From Bigelowiella natans CCMP2755 (lineage: Eukaryota > Protista > Cercozoa), in contig ADNK01000862.1 in NCBI GenBank assembly GCA_000320545.1, positions 1 through 64,000 of the forward strand: a DNA stretch of 64,000 nt, given 5' to 3'. The number at the start of each line of letters is the position of its first letter. Position 1 is the stretch's first letter. The translations under genes and the position numbers were made by a program. This document shows positions 1-11,499 of the stretch, piece after piece. A model generated the notes under the pieces. It ran no database searches and was not told the origin of the DNA. It saw nothing but the letters and a program-made list of their open reading frames with translations.

Positions 1-370
1 ACTTTGTTTCCCCCGGAGTAAAATCATCCTGCGTATTATAAGCTCAAGAAGATCCCCTAACCCACAAAATCAAGAATCAGATGTGAAACTACTGCTTTTT
101 AGGCTCTAGTTTCACGTTCTCCCTATTTTTTTTCCTTCTCCCCTTATTCCTCGTCCTCAATCCTACCCCCCCCCCCCCTCCCTGGCAAAGTTGCGCTCCG
201 TGAGTCTTCCTTCACCTCGATGAATTCCCCGTCAGGATCAATCAATAGATGGTCTTGCTGCGGGTACCGCAACAGCAGCAGCAGCAAACAACAGCACAAG
301 AACAAAAACACGAACATACGCACCTGGTGAGAAACGATGTGATCCCAAACATGCGTGTTATCATGTGTGA

Positions 371-419
<49 letters not shown>

Positions 420-686
420 AGAGAGGTGTCCATCCGATGTCGAGATGGAATCTGCATCATCTTCTCTCTTTACGCTTCATTCTTCTCACTACTACTCACA
501 CGATGGATCTTTGCAACTTCAGACGGAACGTTGGCGCGGCGCGGGCCCACCGCTGATTATTGGTAGTTTATTCACAAAGAGAGAAGGCAGCAGGGAGACA
601 GGAGAAGCAAAGCAACAGCACGGCACAGTAGTATCAAAAGCGTATCACCCATTGCTGCTGAACATAAGCTGAGAGGTCACCAACAG

Positions 687-731
<45 letters not shown>

Positions 732-3028
732 TTCAATACATATATTTGATTATTGTGCGGAAGGGATGGTATTGCTAGTCAATAGCAGAGTAGTAGTGTT
801 TAGCCCTCAGTGAGCAGCACCACCTATCAAGTGGGTGATGCCAAGGTCCTTGTATATCTCCTCGAAATGAGCCTAGGAGGAGGACGAATAAGGAGGAGGA
901 GGAGGAGGAAGAGGAAATAGTAGTAGTAGTAGTAGTAGTAGTAGTAGAAATAGTAGAGGGGGGAAAGGTACAGGAGAAGAGGAGAAAGAATCCAGGAGTA
1001 AATAAATATGTTAGTATTGTGCAGGCCGTTTACTTACTTACTCACTCGAGGAGAGGGGAGGAGGGAGGGGCAATAGATGTACAAGCACCTGTCTGAATGT
1101 GCCCAGAAAGATGAAGTGGCCGTCAGAAGAGTAGTCGATGAACGTTTTCTTTCTAGATCTGCCGAGGAATGCTACTCCAAACTCATCTTCACCCACACTG
1201 ATCGACTTCAGAAGGATGGAACGAGCGAGAGGCCGACAGAGATGGGGGGAGGGGGGGGGTTCGATACATCATAGATAACTATTTGCACAAATGGCACATG
1301 AACAAGCATGGGTATGTATTTCGTGCGTGTGTATGTGCGTGTGTCTGTGTGTCTGTGTGTGCGTATGTGTGTGTGTGTGTGTGTGTTTGGTGGTAGTGGT
1401 GGTGGTGATCGTTGTTGTTGTTGTTTTAAATGTCAAAACAAAATGGTACTACCATAGGTGTCGGATAAAAGTTGCGCTTCATCTCTACACGAGACCTTAC
1501 AAAAAGAATACGGAGTCCACATCACACATCTCAAGAACTGCTGCTGCTGCTGCTGCCCCTCTCCGCCGCTGGCTAGAGTGTGGAAGGAATCATCGCCAGC
1601 GAGGCGGCCTTGAAAGGGGTACAACGTCAGCACAGAAGGAGGAGGAACGACAACTACCTTGTAAGTAAGAAACTATACGGATCGGCGAATGAGGCGAATC
1701 CTCCCTTCAGCGCCTGGGACAAGTAGCGTCAGCAGCAGTAGACAAATAGCCACAATTCATCACTGTTGATTTTTCCGAGGGTAGCCGTGACGGCAGAATG
1801 TGCAGTTACTAGGTAGAAGACAAACCTGCAGACTCTTACAGCTCCCCTCGTTGTAGAAGTATCGAAACACTTGCAGCAGCATATGATGTAAACACAACAT
1901 TTCATTTTCGTCATTATCCTTCTCCTTTCCCCCAATCTACCGTGGGAATAGATATTGAACTACGAGGGGGGGGGGGGGGGGGTGTCTTTCAGACCTAAGT
2001 TGTCGAACCACGTGTGCCTCGACGTGAAGATTGGATCCCCTTGGAGAAGAAGAAGAAGAAGAAGAAGAAGAAGAAGAAGAAGAAGAAGAAGAAGAAGAAG
2101 AAGAAGAAGAAGGAGAAGAAAATAAAGAAGAAGCATGCTGACGATGAGGTTGAGATTGACTAAGATACCTATGATCACTACGTGCTTGTTAGCATGGGCC
2201 TCCTCATGCCAGCCGTACTCGTGCTGGATGACGTGAAAGTAGTGATATAAGCATGATCTGTTGTATTTGGGCGTTAAGGCTGCTGATTCTATCCAGCCCA
2301 CCTGCATATGACCGTCGTCTATCAATGCTCTCTGCGCTTTGCTGTACCTATAGGTGTCCCAGAAAATACAATTTACGGTTTGTGTGTGTATGTGTGTGTA
2401 TGTGTGTGTGTATGTGTGTGTGTGTGTGTGCGCGCGCGCGCGCGCGCGTTGTCATTTTACGTCGGCAACTGTGTTCGTGTGTTAAGAGCGCGGGGCGGGA
2501 GGGGGGGGGAGGTAATTCTGGACCTGAGATTGTAAGAACCTGGAATATGGCCCCTGGAAAACAATCTGTTGTCCCTCACGTCTACCAAGATGTACTGATA
2601 AAATCATCAAGCTTTATCAATCTATCTAATCTCAAGGAGAAAAAGGGGGGGGGGATAGAAAACCGGAGACTCTTTGTCGCAGCCGGCGAACACGCGGCGG
2701 AAGAGCTCGTGCGCTGACATTTCAGCGAATGGAGACCCCTGTTTACCCTTACCAACTGTGAGTAAGGGTGGGAAAAGTGAGATTGCAATTTCGTTACAGT
2801 ATGCACATTAGGTTGATCGATCGAATTCCTAATCCCCGAAGAAGCGTGCATTGATTGCATCTTAGGGGCACAGAGCTAACTACCGTCTTCTATCCACGAC
2901 TTTCCGCTCTCCACCGCCACATCTTTACGCTTCATTCTCCTTGTTTCTCTGCCCGAGCCATCGTCCTGGTTTTGTGCACTCCCCCCGCTAAGCAAGGCCG
3001 CAGCCAGCAGGAGGAGCGCCAACTCCAT
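1..3028 (-). CDS. MAP-kinase-phosphatase-like protein (rhodanese domain + dual-specificity phosphatase domain) with putative N-terminal signal peptide; multi-exon, 3' end beyond window
   Basis: Spliced exons read MELALLLLAAALLSGGSAQ (ATG 3028) ... EMSAHELF ... YILVDVRDNRLFSRGHIPGSYNL (rhodanese, ~2520-2595) ... ALKGGFASFADPY (~1650-1715) ... NFYPTPM ... FIFLGTFRQ/AHFEEIYKDLGITHLI (~825-1200) ... LLRGNKV (1-55, just before the expected LVHC motif). The catalytic HCxxGxxR lies outside the window. Confidence 0.8.
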
Positions 3029-3581
3029 TCCCCTGGTCCAAGAGTTGTTCCGCTGATGTTGCGACGGTATCGCAGTTTAGACTCTTTTTAACAGATATAT
3101 CTGGTATGTATAAATATTACCCAAGATGGAGCCGATTAGCAATGCAGGTTAGGCTCTTCTCTGGCATTGTCGCAGATCCAAACCCCTGAGCATCTCGAGT
3201 AAGGGCTGTGACTCGTTGTTTTTCGATGCGATAAGTTCCCTGCGACATGAAAATGGTGATGTCGTTGTTGGCCAACTTGGAAGACAGCTCACAACTGAAT
3301 TTCCGTCGGGTAATGGGCCAGAATGGTCGCGGGTGTCCCACTTGGGGGACGATGTCGCTGAGTGATGGGGGGGGCGCAATAAGAATCCTCAGGGAGATGG
3401 AGGGAAAGGGAAATGGGAATTTAAAATTGCGGATTTTTTGTGCGGAACTCCTTGCGTCGCACCTTTTATGTGTTTGAATCCGGAAATATACATCCTTCAT
3501 AATACTATTGCAGATATCCATGTGTCTAATGTTATGAATGCAATATGAATCCCTCTACCCTCCCTAGTAGTTTTGAACGTG

Positions 3582-5125
3582 ATGTTCACAACAAAGCGGA
3601 AGAAGGCGATGGAAATTTCGAGCTCGCTTCCGATTTCTGGTTCGCTCTTTGCTGCCCCCATCCATGCAGTTGGTCTGCTACAATTATTGATGCTGTTACC
3701 GCTCTTTCATTCGGCTCAAGCTATTGGAACGTACACGCACAAGTAAGAAACAGTCCTAATTTATTCATCGCTGTGCTCTCCCCGATGTCCATCGTAAATT
3801 CCGTTTCATAGGGCTGCGGGCCCCGTAAAGAACAGGGTAAATTTCCTTCACCGATCGAGAAAGTACGCAAGTTCTATGTTTCCGAACAACAAGCGATTCT
3901 CATCTCTGCAGCCGTCGCAACGATTGGAGCGCTGTCCGGGGCTCACCTCGGGCTCCTCGCTTCATTCCAGTCCGTAAAGATGCACAGAATCTATTACACG
4001 CATTTGACCCTAACTACATCCATAAAATCACAATAACCTATTTAACTACAACAGATCTGCACGAGAAAATGGTGACCACCACCAGCAGCAGCAGCATCCC
4101 AAAGAGACACAGGAGGAGCAAAGAGAGCAGCAGGAGGAGGGCGTTATGCCACAGTGAGGTGGCCACGGACGGACAAACGGGAGCAGCAGCTACAGGGTTA
4201 GTAGCAACTTGCATGCTAGCAAAAGGAAAATAGGAAGAAGAGGAGAAGGAGAGGAGGAGAAGAAAGGGTGTAACATGGCGAAAGCCACGCACAGAAGCAC
4301 AGCGATGCTACGTAAATTAGCAAACTCATAAGTATCTGTATCATGTAGTTGTTAATTCACACGCGCGCACATGCACACGTACAGGCTGGATGTAAGCGAG
4401 GAGGCAATTCAGAGACCAGCGACGGTACTTGCACTAGATAAGGAAGATCAAAGAGGAAGAGTATCTTGATTACTTTTGGGGAAAGGGGGGAATATGCTGC
4501 TACTACGCCAGAACGTCAATCACAATACAATGACAATTCATCGATCATCTCCAGGTTTCGCGGATTCTGAAAGAAAACGCTGCGGTGCTGCGAGGAAGGG
4601 GACCCTTTCTATCCGTCAAAGACAAGTAAGAGACTACGACATGTTCATAAGATCGGTGCTGTAAAAGGGTGAAGATGATAATGAGCATCAACGCTCACGT
4701 TTGTTTTCTCTACTGTTACTTCTCTCATCCACATTTGATTGATATCAAATGGTGTTACTGACTCTGCCGTATGCACCTTTTTCTTCGCGGCGGTAATGCG
4801 CTCTGCTTTCCTGGCATGTTCCTCCATTATATTGCTTAATCCTTTCTTACCACCATGACAAACAACTGCTTACATTATTAAAGGTACGTCGTGAACATAT
4901 TTGGCTTTGTCTTCCTACTCCAGCAGGTATACACATGTACACACACACACACGCATACACACATGTCAAGTACGATGGCGATTTATTGAGCCATCACTTA
5001 GCCACAGAGCTTTCGTCGCCGCTCGTCTCTAAGCCTGCTGATGTGTCGCCTTGAATCATTCCTTCCCGCTTGTTGTAGATGGTAATTGCGTCTCTCTGGA
5101 TGGCTGGGATGCTCATGGTGCGCAA

Positions 5126-5169
<44 letters not shown>

Positions 5170-6416
5170 ACGCATGCACGCATAGACTCATGGATCGATC
5201 ACACCTGGTGGCTATTTAATGAAGTCACTCGTTTATTCGTTGTCTGTCTGAGCGTCGTTTGTCTTGGTTCTTGCATTTTCTGTGGCTGCTGCAAAGGTGC
5301 AAGCGATATTCTCCGTGCTGCAGCTGCTATCTCTCAATGACCTTCTCTTTCGAGCGTCGGATCTCGCACATAGTGAGTGAGCTGTAATTTACCCACTGTT
5401 TATCCACTGTAAGGAACAGCATGTTTCCCACATCATCATCCTCCTCCTCGTCACCTATCTTCCCCCCCCCCTTCACCTTAGTCTTCTTGTCTGAGCATGC
5501 AAATCTCTTGTGGAATATTGTTTAGCGGCGGTCCTCACCTAATGTCATCTCTTCTTCCCTTGCATTATTTCCCCCTTCCTCCTGCTTTTGAAAAGGCTCG
5601 CAGCATATAATGGTTGACCGGGTGACGACATTCTGGTATCGTCATCATCATCATCATCATCATCATCGCCACATCCCTCTTCGTCTTCGGCATTATTTTG
5701 ATTGGCACTACTACCGCACTTGTCACCACTGTCGTTGTCTTATCTAACGACCGCAGTTATTACACGTCAAATTCTTAGCAGACACACACACACACACACA
5801 CAATCACACGCACTTGCGCTGCTCTCTCTACAACTCAGGGCCCATTCGACGCTCGGTGCTAGTGGCTGCTACCCTGCATATAAGGTGGTGGTAGCGGGGG
5901 TAGTAGAAATGAATGAGGGGAAAAGCTAGCACTACTATATTTAAGAATAGCCATAAGGTGGATGTGTATGGAATGTATATTGATGATACGATTGTGTGAT
6001 AATCATGATAATGATGATGATGATGGTGGTGGTGGATATGAATATGAAGCAGCGATATTACATATTACTTAGTGCTCACACCACCATTCTCACCCACATC
6101 GGCACATGTTTTGGCTTTTTCAAGCACCACCACTCTTTTTCCTCCTCCTCCTCCTCCTTCTCCTCCTTCCGCCCTCCAATTCCTTCCTCTCACACTCTAT
6201 TGCCGTCCCTCTGCCTTTCCTTTCGGATGTCCAATTTAAATGAAAAAAGGGACTTGAGAATGCTCCTGGTAAATCATTACGTTGATGATAACGAAGATGA
6301 TGATGATGATGAGGGCCACAGTGATTATGATGGTGGTGGTGGTGGTGATGACGATTATGACGGTGCGGAGGGTAATAAGTATCGATGCATCTTCTCTGGA
6401 GCGACATGCCAATATT

Positions 6417-6453
<37 letters not shown>

Positions 6454-6533
6454 ATACAGAGATGTATGCCTTGGTTGTGTGTGTACATGCTTATGTGTTC
6501 ATTCCTCCATTGTGGTGGTTGTTGTTGTTGTCG

Positions 6534-6588
<55 letters not shown>

Positions 6589-6694
6589 CTCTCTCTATCT
6601 AGATGAACCTGCGATTTACATCTCCAATCATGCCAGTTGGATGGACATGCCCATTATGGGGGTGAGTGATAAGAAATGGCTAATGCTTCAACTT

Positions 6695-6748
<54 letters not shown>

Positions 6749-6753
6749 CACGC

Positions 6754-6818
<65 letters not shown>

Positions 6819-7506
6819 TGTGTATCTGATAACAAGACGATGATGATAATGATGAAGTAAGGATGACTTAGGTAGCTGGCGTATTGTGCTGTTATCTAAT
6901 TGTCATCATCATCATCATCTTTTTGATTAATATATTGGGATGTTTATGGCTTTGTAAAAACCAACCTCTCAATGCAGATTATGTTTTATGAAATGCGACA
7001 ACGCCATCGGGTGAGATAACAACCCCCTCCTCCCCTATCTCGTTCTTCTATTTCTAGTGTTGTTCGTCGAGCGTATTTAATCATTCGTGGAGTTGTGGTT
7101 ACAATTCTTAGCGATTAACGATGATCATCGTCATCATCATCATTATTATTATTACTATCATTATCCCGTCATCTTCCCAGAAAAAAGGCACATCGATACC
7201 GACGGGACAAGATCTGTTCAAGGTTGATATAATAGAGCGGGGGGGGAGGGAGAGAGAGAGCGCAGTAGCGGTAGCGCTCGATATAGCCATCATCGCTCAC
7301 ATCAGTTGTGTTTGCTGATGTGCTTCGAGAGAGAGAAAGAAAGACGTTGTATGGATGGCCAATTTCGCTAACCCATGTTTTCTATCTCCCCCTTTCACTC
7401 ACTTCACCTCCTTATTCCTCCCCTCACCCCGTCTTTCTCGCTCTCTCTCTATTTATTTCATTCTTTCTCCCTCTTCAGTGCGTTGGGAAGGACGATCTTC
7501 TCAAGG

Positions 7507-7542
<36 letters not shown>

Positions 7543-7599
7543 CATCGCGGCAATTACGAAAGATGATGAAATGAAATAAATTGAAATGCAAAACGTCGT

Positions 7600-7668
<69 letters not shown>

Positions 7669-8370
7669 CTTATCATCGTATGATATCATCCATCTAACGC
7701 TATCCGTCACACGAGAAACTGACAATCCCCCTCCACACACACACAGCTCCCTGTTCTTGGAAAAGCTATTGCTCTCGGTAGGCGAAGGGAGGGGAGGAGG
7801 AAGAGGAGGAGAGGCGGTGTTGTTGGTTGCCGTTGTAGTCGTTGTAGTCGTCAAATTGTTAGAGGAATGGCTACAGAATGCTGATGATATTGATGATGAC
7901 GATGATGATTGCTCCTCTCTACGCTATAAATACATACCCACCACTGATTACGGACTATTTCTTATTCTTCTTCTCCCTCTTCCTCCTCTTCTTCTTCCTG
8001 TTCTTGCTATTGTTATTGTATCAATTTTAACTTGTCGCGCGTGGCGAAGGACGCCATGTGACAGTCGATCGAGAGGACAGAAGGTCTCAAGTGAAAGCGT
8101 TTCGAAGTATTCAGGATTGGATGTCCAGAGGTAAAAGAAAGAAGAATAACACAAGATAGAGGGATAAAAAAGAAATAACCGTAGAATCAAGACTGGCGCC
8201 GCTCTCCTCCCCTCCTCCTCCTCCTCCTCCTCCTCCTTCACCACTATTCTCATTCAGCGTAACGTAAATATGATGTTTCTCAGGTGTGTCTTTCGTAACG
8301 TTTCCAGAGGGCAAACGTAGCGCTGATGGGTAATACCACCACCAGGAGCAGCAGCAGCAGCAGAACTATC

Positions 8371-8403
<33 letters not shown>

Positions 8404-9465
8404 TGAGGTGATCTTAAGTGATCACAACAACACCCTTATCTTGTTTTCTCCCCACCACCGCAAATAGACGTCTTCGTAGCTTCAAAAGGGGAGTCTTCAA
8501 GATTGCATTGGCACGCGGGGCGAAGGTAGCGATGGTGAGCGGTCGGCGCAGCAGCAGCAGCAGCAGCAGCAGCAGTTGGGAGGCATATAAGATAAATCAT
8601 ACGTTCCGCAAATACAGCAATTAGGAGGCGTATCAGATAAAATCATGATGTTCCACAAATACAGCCCCTTCCACAGCGATATAAACGACATGTCGACCTA
8701 TAAATAGCAGAGAACACGCACACCACGCACAAACCACACGCCCCAACAAAAAACGTGGTCAAACAGGTGGTACCAGTGTCCATTGTATCATCACAGCACA
8801 TCATGCCGAAGGCTGCCCTGCTCCCCACGGTATGTATCTTACCCACTCGTCGTCGTTGTCTTCGTCGTGAGCAGTGGTGGAAAGAGTGTGGGCGGAGGAG
8901 AAGGAGAGCTGTGGCTGATAATATTCGTCATCATCACCGCCATCTTCATCATCATCACCATCGTCGTCACCATTATCAGGTCGCTGGAGATCTCCTTAGG
9001 CGACGCACAGACGAGAAAGAGTACCAGGGAGAACCCCTCGCCGTCATCATGCATCCTCCTATCGATCCGGAAGGTGGGCAGTACACAAGGGATGGGAGGG
9101 GGAGGGGGGGGGGGGGGGGTGATATAGGCTGTGCTCTTTGCCGTCGTTTTTAGAGAAGAAGAAGAAGAATGGAGAGGATTGGACAAATATAAAAAGGATG
9201 AATGAAGAAAGAATGAATAAGATCGACGTCATCATCTTCCATCAATTATCTTGATCATTGCAAAGGAGGCTCTCTCTCTCTCTCTCTGATGCCTCCTCTT
9301 CGCAATCAACCACACTATTGATATCCCCACTACTGCTGCTGTGTGGACACCTATTGCCTGCTGCTGCTACACAGGGCTGTCAGAAGAACAACTCGCACAA
9401 AAAGCGTTTGACGCCATAGCTTCCGGTAACATTCTATTGTTACTACAAATACCGATCAATGGATG

Positions 9466-9510
<45 letters not shown>

Positions 9511-9571
9511 ATTGTTCTGCTTCATTACCGTCATGATGTCGGCCCTCTCCATATGCATGGCACGATAACAC

Positions 9572-9607
<36 letters not shown>

Positions 9608-9729
9608 CAATGACGACGATGATATCTCCCTGAGAGCGTCCCTGCAACAAAAAAGGCCTGCCGGAAGGTCAAAAGCCTCTTCCTGGAGTGATGGCGTCTT
9701 CGCGGGAGAGCAGCTCGGAAGTAAAGTAG
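3582..9729 (+). CDS. plsC: 1-acyl-sn-glycerol-3-phosphate acyltransferase (PlsC/plastid LPAAT type) with bipartite presequence; about 20 exons
   Basis: Exons give GLENAP/DEPAIYISNHASWMD (block I, 6603-6661), HVTVDREDRRSQ, FVTFPEGKRSADG/RLRSFKRGVFKIA, VVPVSI, IMHPPIDPE, GLPEGQKP...EVK* (TAG 9727-9729). N-terminus has a hydrophobic GLLQLLMLLPLFHSAQA followed by an R/S-rich stretch. Start codon and exons between 4630 and 5580 are uncertain. Confidence 0.9.
6699..6815. repeat. Compound intronic microsatellite (AT)n...(CT)n(GT)n; representative of dozens of intronic SSRs in the window
   Basis: Directly visible. Similar compounds at 7603-7662, 33101-33153, 36720-36811 and 53285-53332. Confidence 0.95.
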
Positions 9730-10299
9730 AACGAGACGACTTTGACACGATTGTTACATCAGTGATTATTAACTCTTTATGGTGGCTACTGACTACTACT
9801 ACTACTACTACTACCACTACTACTGCCACTGCTACCACCACCATTTTCCCCGACGACTACACTCCTATCATTACTACTACTAAGCTAATATACCATTACT
9901 ACTACCACTACAAGAATGATGACATTATCGTGCCGCGATTTCACAATCCGGCATCATTTAGCAACCTGGGTACAGGAGCTTCCTTCCGCTTGTGTACATT
10001 ATTATTAATGTGTTTAGTTCTGTTGCTAGTCTGGCCATGCACATAGTTGTTAAAAAGTATAATGATAATAATAAGAAGAATAAAAATTATTGTTATAACA
10101 CATTACTGCGTTCATCATCTTCATGGCTATTGGGCACATATAGCAGCGACCACTCTTTGCCATGTTTTATTGGTCAGAATTTTATACGTGTAATTAAAAT
10201 TATGAGGTCTTTATAGAGGAGCTACGGAAACGATGACATTCGATGTTGTTTGGCATCACAACTCATGATGTCATGATGAGATCACAGCGCAGTGTTACT

Positions 10300-11400
10300 A
10301 CGCTACATGCGAGTAAAGAGTATGAACATAAAGATGGCTTATTCTACCAATAATCTCGCACCAAAGCTCTTACTGAGCATTGCGACACAAAGTGTGTAAC
10401 AAACATGGGATCTGTTGTTGTCTGATGTATCCAATGGCACATTGAGAATCGATGGGCTTGCCACGATGGGCCATCAGCGCATAGCTCGCAACAGTGAGAC
10501 ACTGCGTTACGATGTTGATGTATGACAAAAATGCTACTTGAATCATGTGTTGCATTGCAATGTGTCACTTTATGTGAAGGGGTGATGAGACTGGAAATGG
10601 CACAGCAATTACCTAGATTACGCACACAATCGTTAGAGCTGCTGGGCACAAATGCTTGAAAACAAATGCATTTGCAAATGCATTTGAACAAGCGTGTCAT
10701 TTGTTCAAATCATCAATACGGCCACCACAGCCAGGCCCGGGCGTGATCTGTGATCCCGGATTTTCGTTGCAAAATCTATTTTGCGCGCGCATGCGTTCAA
10801 ATTGCTTTCACATGCACATTGTGTCTGAACGCGATGTCGGTCATGCATGGGACCTTTTCGTTGCAAATTCTATGGTCATGCAAGAAACGAATTGCGCTTC
10901 AAATTTTTGTTGGCTCTGACAATCGTCAATGGGACATCACCGGTTGCTTGTGCGAACAATGGCAACAACATGCATTTGCGCTGTGGCACTGCATGGCTAC
11001 ATTGGGATGACAATTGAAAGAACTTGATTTGTTCATTGCATCCGTCTCACATTTGCGCAGTGAATCAACAACTTCTAGACTTCGATCGATCGATCTCCAA
11101 GTCACAATGGCCGCCACCATGTTGCACACACTATTCCTTTTCCAATCCGCCTGAGGTACTTGTCTCCACGAATGGCCTGGTTTGTCATCAACACAACAGT
11201 AATCATGAAAATACAGGTCAAAATGCTGTTAACTATCAGCAAGTGTAGTAGCAACACATGCGACATGCGGGCCGCTATCATTGAGCACGAACAATTTTTG
11301 ACACACCTGGAGAATCTCGGCATCGGTTTGACCTTCGATGAACGTGAGGAGAGAGATCATGATGGATGATTGAGCGGAGGGTGATAGTAAGCATTCAGCA
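10300..11400. other. Decayed repeat/relic sequence, TpA-eroded, origin unidentified
   Basis: High-complexity, microsatellite-free tract between two convergent genes. Broken Cys/His-rich ORFs. Only 4 TpA in 10741-11100 by hand count, with about 22 CpG retained. Contains a segment repeated at 47577-47627. Confidence 0.6.
11001..11051 (+). repeat. Dispersed repeat copy A (paralogous to 47577-47627)
   Basis: Gapless 44/51 identity: attgggatgacaattgaaagaacttgatttgttcattgcatccgtctcaca vs attaggatgacaattgaacaaatttaatttattcattacatccgtctcaca. Confidence 0.85.
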
Positions 11401-11499
11401 TTTCGAGGACGAAACGAATATCACACAGCACTGTGGGAAAATGAGGCATGACCGTCGTCGTCATCATCATCATCATCATCATCATCACCATCACCATCG

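Noticed and set aside
249-9850. Numerous poly-ER, CV, YI, SL and HT ORFs in the supplied track
   Set aside because: They are translations of intronic microsatellites, not genes. The same applies throughout the window.
10300-11400. CpG-methylation decay as the cause of the TG/CA excess
   Set aside because: CpG is present at about the expected frequency (about 22 in 360 nt), whereas TpA is the depleted dinucleotide.
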